Sequence record: PP993145.1
Length of the DNA stretch: 64,000 nt
Reading direction: 5' to 3' (one strand)
From: Escherichia phage phiP4
In this document: one piece after another, positions 22,484 through 33,641 of the stretch
Layout of the letters: every line of letters begins with the position of its first letter
How positions within the stretch are numbered: position 1 is the stretch's first letter
The notes under the pieces: generated by a model
Databases searched by the model: none
The model's input: the letters and a program-made list of their open reading frames with translations, nothing else
What the model was told of the DNA's origin: nothing
Program-made: the position numbers and the translations under genes

Positions 22484-24271
22484 TTAGGTAAGGCGTTGAA
22501 CTGTTACTCGTAGTCTCGGTAAGAAAACTGCAGCGGATTCATTTGCATGTATAACTACACCTAACTCAGCGTTACCGTTACCCAAATTTTTAATAGTATA
22601 AATAAATCCACTTCTAGTGAATGTTAAATCATCAGGTCGACTAGCCCACTGCTGTGTATAGCTATAAGAAGCTGTAGTATGGAAGGGCACCAACTGATTG
22701 GGTGGTAAAGTTAATATTTGATGGAATACCCCGTCACCACCTGTATAACTTTGTTGTCTTCTACCTTGCACCTGCCACGCAGTACCACCATATGTTCGTA
22801 TAGGACCTCCTGCTGTATTAAGATTTCCGGCAACTACTTCAGTAGTTAGGATTACTGTAGAGTTTGCATTAGGTAATCCAAGACCTACTGTAGATAGGGC
22901 TACATACTTATTCCCTGTACCTGGATAAGAGGGGTTTATGTCATCACCTATGTAAGTACTAGCTACGTTATTTGGTAGTAATCGTAAAGGTACTGAAGAA
23001 GGTCCCCAAACAACTCCATGCTCATTACCTATAGTATTATTATTGGAATTAACATACCATTGTTTACCAGCAGAGAATTTGTAAATACTTATCTGAGACT
23101 TAGAACCTCCATAATTTACAGGCGACCATAAAGAACCTTTGTTAGAGCCTACAATTTCACATCTTGCTGTAGTATCTCCAAAGACTCCGGTATAAGCAAC
23201 GTTATTACCAATATATTCCATATCAGGTCTAGATGATAAGTTACCAAAAGCATTCTGATTAATGAATTTGTAACTGGTGTTTGGAAGACTAACACCTTTT
23301 ATAGTAAAGTTAGAAGGACTTATACGAATATCAGACCCAGTAAAAGGATTACTAGCAACGCTCATACTACCATTAGAGTATCTAAGATTCAGCACATACC
23401 AAATAACTTTGGTCGGAGTAATATTATAGCTATCTTGAACATACTTCTTCTTTGCTGCCTGTGATGCTAAATTAGATGTCGAGCCCCTACATACATAAAC
23501 CTTATTCGGATAGGTCGAAGAATTATATAGTACACTCACATTACTTGGCGTAGTGCCTTTTTTACCCGCGTATCCACGTATATTGGAGTTACAAACATAA
23601 AACCAATTATGACCCCTTTTCCCAGCCCCTATAGGGGCTTGCCAATTAGGGTGCCAGAAGTCAACATTACCACTATTTATAGATACTTTAGACGCCCCAG
23701 CTGGAAATCCTGCTAAAGTCCATGCTCTACCGATAGCTTCACCGGCATATGCCCCTCCAGGTCTGTATAAGTTAAATCCAGAAGCCTGTGATATAGTACC
23801 GCCAGTACCCTGTCTAGCTATTGACTCTTCATGGCCCAGACTAGAGTTATAAGTATAAGTACCATGTGCTAAACTATTACCAGATGCAAAAGCTGACGTA
23901 AGACCTAATTCAGCACCAGCCCTACCAATAGGGGGGTCTTCAAAAAATGCAAGAAATTGTCCAACCTGGGATTGAGTACCATTAAGAAAAGCTCTATGTG
24001 TACCATTTATCTCAACAGCGGTTAGTATAACCCTACCAGGATCATTACTCTTTAGGTTAGCTATTACAGAAGGCATCTGACATACAAAAAACCCATTTCC
24101 AGCGCTACTTAATGCACTTTCATAAGTACTCTCAACTAGAACAAAGGGCATATCAGAGTGAAATATAGTATTGGCATTAGGAGTTTTGTGAGCATTAATA
24201 TCCCCACCATTCACTTTGTTTAGTGATAATACAGTTTTACCATCACTATATTTTCCAGCGAAAAAACCCAT
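22484..24271 (-). CDS. receptor-binding tail protein (pb5/Oad-like), 595 aa
   Basis: N-terminus MGFFAGK...LSL...GGD.N.H..P...TIFHSDM resembles T5 pb5; divergently paired with llp-like gene. Confidence 0.65.
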   Translation of the reverse strand: MGFFAGKYSDGKTVLSLNKVNGGDINAHKTPNANTIFHSDMPFVLVESTYESALSSAGNGFFVCQMPSVIANLKSNDPGRVILTAVEINGTHRAFLNGTQSQVGQFLAFFEDPPIGRAGAELGLTSAFASGNSLAHGTYTYNSSLGHEESIARQGTGGTISQASGFNLYRPGGAYAGEAIGRAWTLAGFPAGASKVSINSGNVDFWHPNWQAPIGAGKRGHNWFYVCNSNIRGYAGKKGTTPSNVSVLYNSSTYPNKVYVCRGSTSNLASQAAKKKYVQDSYNITPTKVIWYVLNLRYSNGSMSVASNPFTGSDIRISPSNFTIKGVSLPNTSYKFINQNAFGNLSSRPDMEYIGNNVAYTGVFGDTTARCEIVGSNKGSLWSPVNYGGSKSQISIYKFSAGKQWYVNSNNNTIGNEHGVVWGPSSVPLRLLPNNVASTYIGDDINPSYPGTGNKYVALSTVGLGLPNANSTVILTTEVVAGNLNTAGGPIRTYGGTAWQVQGRRQQSYTGGDGVFHQILTLPPNQLVPFHTTASYSYTQQWASRPDDLTFTRSGFIYTIKNLGNGNAELGVVIHANESAAVFLPRLRVTVQRLT

Positions 24272-24356
24272 ATAATCTCCTATTATAAAAATGTATTTGC
24301 TTTCATCTCTCTATTTTGCTATAATATATTCATAAATTAGAAATGGAGAGATAAAT

Positions 24357-24623
24357 ATGAAAAAGTTTGTGATTGCACTAGTTGCCACAGTTATGTTATC
24401 TGGTTGTGCACCTGCTCCCAAACCATTTTGTACGGGATTTGTAAAATCTTTTGGTGGTGCGGGAGAAGAACATTACGGTCTCAAGGTTCAAAAAGTTCGT
24501 ATTAAGGGAGATCGCTTTCCAGTAGTACAGCTCCGTACTAAGTTTGGATGGTGGGATCTCAGTCAGTTTGACCTTAAATATGGTGATTGTAAATTTAAAC
24601 TAGAACAATCTAATTACTTGTAA
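24357..24623 (+). CDS. llp: Llp-like lipoprotein (lytic conversion / receptor-blocking), 88 aa
   Basis: Signal peptide with lipobox LSGC; divergent from RBP gene as in T5. Confidence 0.55.
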   Translation: MKKFVIALVATVMLSGCAPAPKPFCTGFVKSFGGAGEEHYGLKVQKVRIKGDRFPVVQLRTKFGWWDLSQFDLKYGDCKFKLEQSNYL

Positions 24624-25017
24624 TTAGTATAAAACAAAAAGACATCCAAGTAAACTAAATTTTTTATTTCTTGGATGGTGTACTGGCAGAAACCACTATG
24701 TAAGAAAATTAGAAGTCCTTCTAGAAAGTCACGAGTATGGTTGGTTATGCACAAATTATAAAATATTTATTGGAGCACGAAATATATGTCAAACAAAAGA
24801 AAGAACAGACGCGGAGAAGTGTACAATAGCTGGATAAATAGTTTTGGGTTCGGAACTATCTTATTCCTAGTCTTCGTAGGTTTTTGGTTAGCAGCTATGG
24901 TGGGGTGGATTTAATGGAATGGGTAATTATTGCACTGCTGGGGATTGTGATTATTGGGCAGTGTATTCTAGATAATCACTTAGCTAGAATTGAAACCTTA
25001 CTATCGGAGAAACGTAA

Positions 25018-25212
25018 ATGATGGAAGCGGCAGTTACACTAATAGTAATATTAGTCTGGGTAATCCTCATTGTCTCTCGTATCGTGTATCTCCGCCTAAA
25101 AACTCTAGAGGCTCAGGTAAAACAACAACAAGTTATTATAGAAAAGCTAGTACTACTGCAACGTTGTGATAGCACCCGTATTCTGCAAATTGAGAGGGAA
25201 TTAGATGTTTAG
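25018..25212 (+). CDS. small membrane protein, 64 aa
   Basis: Single hydrophobic helix; at left edge of repeat block. Confidence 0.3.
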   Translation: MMEAAVTLIVILVWVILIVSRIVYLRLKTLEAQVKQQQVIIEKLVLLQRCDSTRILQIERELDV

Positions 25213-25450
25213 TATTATAATTGCTTTTATTATCGGGATACTCGCGGGGGTTTTCGGGACGACTGCGGCAATCAATAAGCACCGGAAATATATTGCGGGA
25301 GTGTCGCGGGAGATTGCGGAAAGGGAGCGGAAGTTTGACGAGAAACGTGCGGAGTTTGAGAGGGAATGGTCGGATGGATCTCGGGCGTCGCGGAAGAGAT
25401 TCCGTGAGTTCAGACCAGAACACAGGTTTGATGACCCTTCTATGCGCTAA
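25205..25450 (+). CDS. small membrane protein, 81 aa
   Basis: N-terminal TM helix then charged tail. Confidence 0.3.
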   Translation: MFSIIIAFIIGILAGVFGTTAAINKHRKYIAGVSREIAERERKFDEKRAEFEREWSDGSRASRKRFREFRPEHRFDDPSMR

Positions 25451-25601
25451 TTTGACTTTTGCCAAATTTCATAAGATTACACATGGAGGTGTGTCCAGTG
25501 GCCTCCCGGATGAGAATGAGTCTCATTACCGCCTGGTACTTAGCAAGCTAATAGTCACGATATGCAATGATAACATACCGTGACTATTTCAATTTTAATT
25601 A

Positions 25602-26336
25602 TTACGCGACTTTTAATTTCTCAATATATTGTTGCGGGCTGCAACTATATTCTGCGCGTTCTTCCTCGGTCATACTTTCCCAACATAATTTCAATCGGTC
25701 CGCTAGGAACTGATAATCATTATCATCATCAAGCGATTCATCAATAAAGGTTCCGCCTATCAATGCCACGCCGATTGATAGAATATCATTAACGGCTTGC
25801 GCATCCAGCGTTTTAAATCCGTATGATGCCGCCGCCGCCAATACTCCTTTATGGTCATCAATCATTGTAAAATCAGCGTTCGGGTATAATTGTTTGAATA
25901 GCTCGAAATAATAACTTTTATATACTGCATCCTTGCTGTGGTATATTTCGCTAACCTTATCAGCCGTAAAATATTTGTGAAGTGTATCGCGGGAAAATAC
26001 ACGGATATTGGTATCCCCACGCCCGCGCAATCCTTGTTTGCGTAGGAAGTAATAATCTGACTTGCTCATCAGGCGAGCGGTGCAAATAATGTTTAAAGTA
26101 TTTGCGTCATTCATGCATTGGCGCATATATTCCACCAAAGGCAATAAAGTATCTTGCATTATTAAATGATGCTTGCAAGCCTCGTTTTTGTATTTATTTA
26201 AATCTAAATTCCCGTCGCTATCAAAGCAAGGCGCTACACGATGGAATGAATTAACGATAGTGCCATCAAGATCCCAAATCATGACGCGGGAAATATGCGG
26301 AAAATTACGGGTAATATTCGTTTTAACTTGATTCAT
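25602..26336 (-). CDS. dmp: 5'-deoxyribonucleotidase (HAD family), pre-early
   Basis: HAD motif I WDLDGTIVNS; start chosen at internal Met with GGAG RBS (244 aa); ORF-track start is 26378. Confidence 0.65.
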   Translation of the reverse strand: MNQVKTNITRNFPHISRVMIWDLDGTIVNSFHRVAPCFDSDGNLDLNKYKNEACKHHLIMQDTLLPLVEYMRQCMNDANTLNIICTARLMSKSDYYFLRKQGLRGRGDTNIRVFSRDTLHKYFTADKVSEIYHSKDAVYKSYYFELFKQLYPNADFTMIDDHKGVLAAAASYGFKTLDAQAVNDILSIGVALIGGTFIDESLDDDNDYQFLADRLKLCWESMTEEERAEYSCSPQQYIEKLKVA

Positions 26337-26416
26337 TTTGTTACGTTCTCCAATAAAGGGATCTAGTTTATCCAGCATTGCCCGCTATTTATAAGCGGGC
26401 AATAATAAATCAACTA

Positions 26417-26809
26417 TTAAAGGCCATAAGCCAACGCATCAGCGATAAAACTAATATCCTCGCCAGATACACCGGAACGAATACCAGCACAAGTATATAC
26501 TTTCGCGCTAGATAGCTGATCATCAAAGCAAGCTGGGCAAGGCGCGACAACTGCAAACGCAAGGCCAGCTTTCACGGCGTCGATGATAATCGTTTCCTGC
26601 TTCACCGTATCAACATAAACGCCCGCGGCCTTGATGTGACTACTTGCGCGGCCTTGCGTATAGGCGAAAGTCGTGATCTGTAGCGCCTCATTAAACTCAA
26701 TTAAGTCATCAACAACGTGACCGGCCTCAACGTGATACCGCTCACCATTTGAATAAACCAGAACGATTGAGGACTGAGCGCGATCGAATGGAATATTTTG
26801 CTTTTTCAT
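26417..26809 (-). CDS. cytidine/deoxycytidylate deaminase-like zinc-binding protein, 130 aa
   Basis: H-x-E (YHVEAG) and PCxxC (APCPAC) motifs typical of CDA-fold deaminases. Confidence 0.45.
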   Translation of the reverse strand: MKKQNIPFDRAQSSIVLVYSNGERYHVEAGHVVDDLIEFNEALQITTFAYTQGRASSHIKAAGVYVDTVKQETIIIDAVKAGLAFAVVAPCPACFDDQLSSAKVYTCAGIRSGVSGEDISFIADALAYGL

Positions 26810-26881
26810 ATTTATAAAACTCCAATTAATTTAATAAACTTTTATAGCGGCTATATTTCAAGCCGCTGGGGAATAATTTAA

Positions 26882-28546
26882 TTACGCGAAAAATTTGCCG
26901 TTTTTAAAGTCAATCAAAGTGCGCTGCCCGTTCGCATAGGTAATTAAATGCGTTTGCGTCCAACTTGACGCGCCAACGTTGTAACCCATATCCAGACTAC
27001 CAGCAACGCCAGCGGTATAAACGCCGCCGTAAATGCTGGCGGTGTGGGTGTGCCCCGTGTTTAATTTGCCCAATTTCTTAAACTGCTTCGGATTACCACG
27101 GCTGCCGTTAATGCCGTTGTGACCGTGTACGCCGCATTCAATGCCTGCAATTTTAAATGATTGGTCAGTGGTCAGGAAAATTGCGTTAAACTCGCAACCT
27201 GCGACGTCACGCAGCGCATAATCCAGCACGTTGAAAGTATCGTCATGATTACCGATTGCCGCGTAAATCGCAGCATTAAGGCGGTGATATAGTTCCGCAT
27301 TGGCTGGATCGTCTTTAATGTTAGCATTGCGATCATCAAGCCAACGGGATAACGCCAAATCGTGGTTTGATTCGACAATGATCGTTTGACTAAAATCGCG
27401 CTCCATTGACTCCAGCACGCGCCCGGTATCGATCAGATCATCCAGAACTTTATCACGTCCGGCTGCATACTGTTTCGCTAGGAATACACCAGAGGCGCGA
27501 TTATGATGATTGCGCGATGTAAAATCATGCACGTCATGCACAAACTGATATTTAGGCTTGAGAATATCAAGCAAGCTGTTTTCGCCAGCCCATGACGCTG
27601 CGGCGCACTCCTCATCTAATTTCTCGGCGTGTACGTCGCCATATTGCAAGCCTAAAACATGCCCCGACGTTTCAAAACATCCGGCGGGAGTGGCGCAAAT
27701 ATTCAAATCGTAAAACATGCCGCTTTCGTCCATCGTTTCAAGCTGGCGAACAAAAAATTCCCCGTCCTCGTCGAACTCAACAATCAGCGCACCGTAATTA
27801 TGCAGCGCCTCCGCTTTTTGCCCTGCTTTTTGCTGAATGTAGTTTTTGAGCGTTGCCGTTCCGGTTGAGTACATGCGGCGTACTACTTCACCTTTGAGAG
27901 CTGGCACGCTTTCAGCGGTGATTTTAGCGTGACCAATTGCCAGACCTTCCAGATTAAGCGCGGTTGCAGTTTCAGCAAATCCAGATAGCGGATAATCTGC
28001 CGTTGGCAAAACATTAATTTCAGCCATGAAAGCAAAACGGCGATTGTTTAAAAACACGTTTTTGCTGCAAATATATTTATCAAACGCGGAATCATATTTT
28101 ACACCGTCTGCGCCTTCTCCGTTCTGAAAACCGTTTTTATTATAAATATACTTAGAAACAAGCAAATCAGCGCCGATAAATTTAGCATATTGTTCAAGCG
28201 AGGCTAAAAAGTTTTTATGCGGGAAAGTATTGTTCTGAATTGATGTAATAATAAAGCGTTTGCCCTGTTTTACTTCCCACTGTTCCACCGTGCTGGAAAT
28301 AATTCCAGCCGCCTCGGGGCGCTCGTCGTTTTTAATGGCTTTTGCTACTTTCGCCGCTTTTGGTTTTGCTGGTTTATTTGCTTCCAGCCAATCACAAATC
28401 GCGGTCGAGTGTTTCGTTGTATCGTAGACCGCTTTTGATATATCGTCGCAGACTTCCAGCTTAGTAGCGCGCAGACGTTTACCGTAGAAATTAAAGTCAG
28501 CGGCCAGCTTCAGGATAACGGTTTGTTTTTCTGCGGAAATAATCAT
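26882..28546 (-). CDS. A1: A1 protein (calcineurin-like metallophosphoesterase), pre-early
   Basis: GDVHAE and GNHD metallophosphatase motifs; start set at internal Met with GGAG RBS (ORF track extends to 28636). Confidence 0.6.
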   Translation of the reverse strand: MIISAEKQTVILKLAADFNFYGKRLRATKLEVCDDISKAVYDTTKHSTAICDWLEANKPAKPKAAKVAKAIKNDERPEAAGIISSTVEQWEVKQGKRFIITSIQNNTFPHKNFLASLEQYAKFIGADLLVSKYIYNKNGFQNGEGADGVKYDSAFDKYICSKNVFLNNRRFAFMAEINVLPTADYPLSGFAETATALNLEGLAIGHAKITAESVPALKGEVVRRMYSTGTATLKNYIQQKAGQKAEALHNYGALIVEFDEDGEFFVRQLETMDESGMFYDLNICATPAGCFETSGHVLGLQYGDVHAEKLDEECAAASWAGENSLLDILKPKYQFVHDVHDFTSRNHHNRASGVFLAKQYAAGRDKVLDDLIDTGRVLESMERDFSQTIIVESNHDLALSRWLDDRNANIKDDPANAELYHRLNAAIYAAIGNHDDTFNVLDYALRDVAGCEFNAIFLTTDQSFKIAGIECGVHGHNGINGSRGNPKQFKKLGKLNTGHTHTASIYGGVYTAGVAGSLDMGYNVGASSWTQTHLITYANGQRTLIDFKNGKFFA

Positions 28547-28635
28547 AATAATAAACTCCATTAAAGGGATAAGGTTAATAACGGCAATATTGCCAAATAT
28601 AACGCCTCCAATAATAGGCGTTATAATTTGCAACA

Positions 28636-28881
28636 TTAATTTAAAGGCATCAGGCTAGAACTAACACCACAAACAACGGCGGCAATAAAACAAATCAGGC
28701 CCAAACGCTTCGCTAACTTAGATTTGCGTTTAAAATAATACGAATCTAAATCATTTTGAAAATATGCGAACAATAACGAGGCCGCCATAATAAATAAGCC
28801 TAGAATCAACGATTCAGTAGGGTAAAAGATCATTTTAATAACTCCAGTTAAAGGGAAATTATAGTGGGGAATAATCCCCAC
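28636..28881 (-). CDS. small membrane protein, 81 aa
   Basis: Two predicted TM helices. Confidence 0.4.
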   Translation of the reverse strand: MGIIPHYNFPLTGVIKMIFYPTESLILGLFIMAASLLFAYFQNDLDSYYFKRKSKLAKRLGLICFIAAVVCGVSSSLMPLN

Positions 28882-28890
28882 TATTTAAAT

Positions 28891-29298
28891 TTATTCACCT
28901 GCGGCCTGTTTTACTTCATCGGCAACGCCTAACAACTGCGCCACGGCGTCCAGCGTTTCCAGCTTCGCGCTTTCAAGGCTTGCCAGATCATCGGCGTCCT
29001 TGATAATGCCGGAATCAATAGCGTGTTTTGCAATCACTCGCACGTAATGAGCTTTGCGGATTGAACTACCGCCGCCAACTTTGCGCGGCTTATCGCTTTT
29101 TTGATATGCTTTCGCGCTGGTCAATTTTGAGCGAACTGACACGGGAGAAGCCGCGCCAACTGCTTTCGCAATCTCTTTCAGGCCGTCGCTATTTGCGAAA
29201 TCTAAACCGTTTTCATTGATTAACTGCTGATACATGGTAACAGCTTTTTGGGTGTTTTCTTCGTTCCAAGAAAATTTTGCGGTTTTTGCGTTAGTCAT
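28891..29298 (-). CDS. A2: A2-like pre-early DNA-binding protein, 135 aa
   Basis: Size and position upstream of A1 as in T5; basic C-terminal region. Confidence 0.45.
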   Translation of the reverse strand: MTNAKTAKFSWNEENTQKAVTMYQQLINENGLDFANSDGLKEIAKAVGAASPVSVRSKLTSAKAYQKSDKPRKVGGGSSIRKAHYVRVIAKHAIDSGIIKDADDLASLESAKLETLDAVAQLLGVADEVKQAAGE

Positions 29299-29398
29299 GG
29301 TAAAAACTCCAATTAATTTAATTTAAGGGATTAAATGATTAACTAATGTTAATCGTTATATGCCCCGAACTACTGGGGCATATAAAGTTAACACTATA

Positions 29399-29650
29399 TT
29401 ATAAAACGGCTTCCCATTTTTCGTTACGTTGAACAACCTTTACAACGTCGCCGGATTTAACGCGAACGCTAAAAACGGTTTTTCCGTTGTTACTGCGCTC
29501 ATTTTCAGCGTATACCGCGTCGATTGTATCAAACGGCATAAGCGCCGCGCCTTTAATACGTTCGGCTTTTCCGGTTAATTCATCCGTTTTAGTAACGAAA
29601 GGAATAAAAACAGATTGACCAATTTTCGGCGCGGTAATAACGTTTTGCAT
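29399..29650 (-). CDS. hypothetical protein, 83 aa
   Basis: ORF with upstream RBS. Confidence 0.4.
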   Translation of the reverse strand: MQNVITAPKIGQSVFIPFVTKTDELTGKAERIKGAALMPFDTIDAVYAENERSNNGKTVFSVRVKSGDVVKVVQRNEKWEAVL

Positions 29651-29883
29651 AATATAAACTCCAGTTTATTTGATGGATTGTTCCGCATTATCTGCTAGAA
29701 AATACTAGCAGATAATAAGAAGAAATCCGCTCGCCATTATAAAATCAATTTAAGGAACTCCACGCGGGCCGCTATATCCCAGTTAGGGGGCGGGATGCAT
29801 TATGGTAAGCACCGACCGTCAAATTGTATCAAGTTATCGCTCTTATCGAACTGGGTACATCTTAAAGCCTATCGGCTAGGTTG

Positions 29884-30087
29884 TCAAACTATTTTTTGCA
29901 GTTTTTTATGATTTTCCTTCAGGTCGATCATAATATTTCGCCAGATCATTTCTAGTCCTTGCTGGCGGCCTTTCTTGTACTGCTCAAATCGATATTTTAC
30001 CGATCTTTGCGCTACTGTCAATAAATTTTTTGTTTTGCTATCCAGTGCCTTGCTAGGTTTACCAGTGATCAATAAAGTTTGTTTCAT
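29884..30087 (-). CDS. hypothetical basic protein, 67 aa, bracketed by 17-bp inverted repeats
   Basis: ORF flanked by tcttaaagcctatcggc (29855-29871) and its reverse complement (30118-30134). Confidence 0.3.
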   Translation of the reverse strand: MKQTLLITGKPSKALDSKTKNLLTVAQRSVKYRFEQYKKGRQQGLEMIWRNIMIDLKENHKKLQKIV

Positions 30088-30780
30088 ATCGTCGATTCCT
30101 TATAATGAATAAGTTTACCGCCGATAGGCTTTAAGATATACCCAATTTTTAAAGAGCGCGGCGGTAAACTCCCCGCCGTGTAGTTCGTCATTGCCGCCCT
30201 ACGAGATAAATAATAACAAACAACGAAAAAGGCGCAACCTTATATTTGTAAAGAAATGTAAAGACAAACGCCACCGGACACCGTGCGGCGACCTGGGCGC
30301 GGCGCATTAAAATTAAAAGAAACGGGCGCGCGAATACCACAAAACACAGCAGATAGGCAAGTAATTTTTTCATTTATATTTGCTTTGCCCTACTTGACAA
30401 AATCTAAAAAGCTCGTGGCAGCGATAAACGGCTTATCCCCTTATGATGGGATGGCTAAAAACTTTATTGCGTTCTGGGGCGTTTTAGGCCGCCTATTTTC
30501 GACTTAACAAATCATTAACAAACGCAAAATTGAAAAATAGTTGGAAAAGGTCTTGACTTTTAAAAATCAAGATCAAATGACTTATTTTATAAAATAAATT
30601 AATTGACTTTTATTTGTTAGTATGCATCGGAAAGATAGCAGACTATTAATCACTAGAAGGATGATCATGCTGGTGGATTGTAACGGCCTGAATTATTAGC
30701 AGACTATTAATCACGGAAAAACTCATTAGCCAACTAACTATTTCATGATATATAATATACTTATAAATTAATGAGAAATA

Positions 30781-30863
30781 ATAACTATAAGAAATCATCA
30801 CCATTATAATAATAACTATAAGAAATCATCACCATTATAATAATAACTATAAGAAACTATCGG
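30781..30863. repeat. 31-bp tandem direct repeat, about 2.7 copies
   Basis: ataactataagaaatcatcaccattataata repeated head-to-tail. Confidence 0.8.
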
Positions 30864-30890
30864 CATAAGTGAGAACCACTATCATTTAAG

Positions 30891-30998
30891 TTATCCACAA
30901 TGTTATCCACAGCACAAAATAATTTGACACGATAGGCGGCGATATAAGGGCTTATCCACAGACTTATCCACAGGTTATCCTACTGTATAAATATACAG
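30891..30998. promoter_or_regulatory. DnaA-box cluster (4-5 TTATCCACA-like boxes) including left 40-bp inverted repeat arm (30959-30998)
   Basis: ttatccaca, gttatccacag, cttatccacag x2, ggttatcct read directly. Confidence 0.7.
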
Positions 30999-31263
30999 GG
31001 TAAAAAGGCAGTGTTAACGACTGCAATCAATTTTAAGCGGCCTAAAACGCTTTCTAACGAGCTAAACGCTGTGGGGTAATATTAAAGTAAAGACCCAACG
31101 CGGTGCCCTGGTGGCTTCGCCGTGTTTTGCTCTTTACCGTACCGCTGCGCGGTTATCATAAAAATAGGCGTTAGGCAAGGAAAATAAAAAAGTAAAATAA
31201 TCTTTGCCTATGCTAGAAAATTACCCTTATCATTTACTCACCGATTAACGAGAGGGCCAACAA

Positions 31264-32256
31264 ATGAGGCTATATAAACCAGATAACGCAACCGTCTTAA
31301 AAGGTGCGCTGCGTAACCTGCTGGATGGTAGCAGAACAACCAGCATCCGGCATTTTGTTTTCAATATTGAAACTATTCATCAAAACTTTTTTGATGAATA
31401 TGACGCTTATAATATGAATAGTTTTCTACCGTTATATAAACAAGGGGCAACGCTTGTTTTGTATAATCAGGATTATCAATTGCTCACTAGTCGGGGGCCG
31501 GATACTGATTTCATAATCGTAAAAGGCAACACAGTAAAAGCCTATGATACTGGGGCGGGCTTAGAAGTTTTTTCAATAGAAAACTATGAGGCTAATGATA
31601 ATGATCTTTATGACGTAGAAAATTTTCTTGATTCATTTTGGCGTTATTTATCAGTTGGCTGGAATCGGTCGGATTCTGATGGGTATCGTTTTGCGGCTAT
31701 AATGGCCTTCGATGATAACGGTAATTTTTTGCTACCGTCGGAACTATGCCCGTATGTTTATAATGATCTGATACAGGAGGCCGGTTTTACTTTCTGGAAA
31801 GATGAGGATCAGATTATTAACAGTATAGAAAAACATGCTGTAAATTCTAACACTCAAAGCGTTATCACTCAAACTACTGAAAATAAAGGAAAAAACACTA
31901 TGACCAAGATCGCTAACATCGTTGCCGCCAATAAGTCTGCCGTTGTAAACGCTGCAAAACTGGAAGCGGGTAAAATTGCACTAACTCAAATCACGAAAGT
32001 AGCGGCTAAAAAAGCACCGTTCATGATCAAAGGTTATATCGATACGCCGATTGGTCGCGTAGTAATCGCTAACCTGCTGAGTGTAGCGGTTGACCAGTAC
32101 GCCCCGAGTAACCAGAAAGCGAAAGCGGTAGCGGGGGCGGCTATGGAAGCGGCAATGTTGGAAATGGTGCAAAGTTTTAACATCGCTGAGATGATCGATG
32201 AAATGGTAAAAGGTATCGATATTTCTACTTTTACCAATAACACCGAAAACGAGTAA
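31264..32256 (+). CDS. hypothetical protein, 330 aa
   Basis: First gene of plus-strand cassette between the inverted repeats; no recognisable motif. Confidence 0.45.
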   Translation: MRLYKPDNATVLKGALRNLLDGSRTTSIRHFVFNIETIHQNFFDEYDAYNMNSFLPLYKQGATLVLYNQDYQLLTSRGPDTDFIIVKGNTVKAYDTGAGLEVFSIENYEANDNDLYDVENFLDSFWRYLSVGWNRSDSDGYRFAAIMAFDDNGNFLLPSELCPYVYNDLIQEAGFTFWKDEDQIINSIEKHAVNSNTQSVITQTTENKGKNTMTKIANIVAANKSAVVNAAKLEAGKIALTQITKVAAKKAPFMIKGYIDTPIGRVVIANLLSVAVDQYAPSNQKAKAVAGAAMEAAMLEMVQSFNIAEMIDEMVKGIDISTFTNNTENE

Positions 32257-32377
32257 TAACTAGCCCATTGTAAAGTTTTGTAAAGGCCGCCTTTTATGGT
32301 GGCCTTTTTTGTTATAATGCCTTTACACCGTTTGAGGACGGTTGAAAATTTTCCCAAAAAATTTTGGAGGCTTAAAA

Positions 32378-32607
32378 TGGTTGCTTTTTCTTCTTCTGAC
32401 GCTCTTTTCACTGGAAAAGGCTGGGTATCAAATCGCTGGATTATTCAGGAAATGGTGCAAGAGTACGGCATTGCTAAAACTTATACTACCATTCAGGCGC
32501 TTTATGATAATGATCAAATCGATCAGCAAACGGCGGGCTTTTTACTGGATACCCTGAAGGCGGAACACTGTACCAAAAAACAAGCCGCTAAAATTGTTTT
32601 AATGTAA
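32378..32607 (+). CDS. hypothetical protein, 76 aa
   Basis: Start set at Met preceded by GGAGG RBS (ORF-track start 32296). Confidence 0.4.
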
Positions 32608-32656
32608 TTAATAACGGGGCGAAAGTATCGCCCCACTAACTAGGGGAGTATCACAA

Positions 32657-32839
32657 ATGATTATTTTTCGAGCTTTTTTAGCGGGTATCTTGGGAGCTAT
32701 TTTGACCCTTTTCGCCACCGCTTACGGTATTCAGGATTCCTATTGCGGTTTGGTAAACACAAAACCTATGGTTACTATAGGCGCTGGTATCGCTGTATTT
32801 TCTTATCTGCTGGGCTGCATGAATAGTAAAGGAGAATAA
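32657..32839 (+). CDS. small membrane protein, 60 aa
   Basis: Two hydrophobic segments, RBS present. Confidence 0.4.
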   Translation: MIIFRAFLAGILGAILTLFATAYGIQDSYCGLVNTKPMVTIGAGIAVFSYLLGCMNSKGE

Positions 32840-32841
32840 AA

Positions 32842-33054
32842 ATGATCCGCAACGTTTCTCTTGCACGTTCGAAAGGTTTTAAGCTGGTGGACGCTAACAC
32901 GTTCGAGCGTCCAGATTGCAAGATCGAATATGTAGCACGTAATAAAAATGCCTTTCGTGTTACCGAGAAAAAATTTGATAAGCGCGGCAACGTGATCCTT
33001 GAAACGGTTAGGCACTTTGCCACCTTTTACGCTGCATTTCGTGGGGTACTATGA
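32842..33054 (+). CDS. hypothetical protein, 70 aa
   Basis: RBS AAGGAG upstream. Confidence 0.4.
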   Translation: MIRNVSLARSKGFKLVDANTFERPDCKIEYVARNKNAFRVTEKKFDKRGNVILETVRHFATFYAAFRGVL

Positions 33055-33290
33055 AAAGCGTTATTGTTGTTATCCTTGCAATGGCTGGCGGTTTTATCGC
33101 CACCTTATTTAAGAATGATCCCACTTCGTTGGGTATCTTTATGCTTTTATCGGGCTATCTGATCGGGAGGTTGTCAAATGATAGCGCAAATTAAAACGGC
33201 TTTTCGTTTTTGGGGCGTCCTGCCTTCAATTGGTTTTATTCTGATAATCATTAGTCAGCTAATGATTATCGTTGGCGTTATCTGGGAGCT

Positions 33291-33641
33291 ATGCAAATGA
33301 TCATTTACGAGGGCAATCGCTTTGTTGCTAATTGCCGCCCGGCATTGTTAGCAAACTATTTAAACCAGCTTTCACCAGCTTATAAGGGCGTTATTAATAT
33401 TTACGAGGGCAAGGCGCATTATAAAATCAATGCGGTCGTTGCCCGTGAACTAGCGTTTCAATTTTTAACCTTTGCATCTTGCGACGTTCAGGTTATGGGT
33501 GAGGCGTTAATTGCAGAAAATGAAGACGATTTTATTAATATTTTCCGTAAGGTATGCACCGAGCGCCTGATAATCAAAGGCGCATATATTCAATCCACGG
33601 CTGATAGTATTGAAACAGCGTTTCGAAAGGTGGCGCAATGA
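33291..33641 (+). CDS. hypothetical protein, 116 aa
   Basis: ORF; last sizeable gene of plus-strand cassette. Confidence 0.4.
   Translation: MQMIIYEGNRFVANCRPALLANYLNQLSPAYKGVINIYEGKAHYKINAVVARELAFQFLTFASCDVQVMGEALIAENEDDFINIFRKVCTERLIIKGAYIQSTADSIETAFRKVAQ

Noticed and set aside
24646-24690. Hairpin after llp as intrinsic terminator
   Set aside because: Stem of 8 bp with a 20-nt loop and no clear T-run; too weak to call
30188-30507. Two overlapping small ORFs on opposite strands
   Set aside because: Lie in a promoter-like, repeat-rich noncoding stretch; mutually exclusive and without RBS
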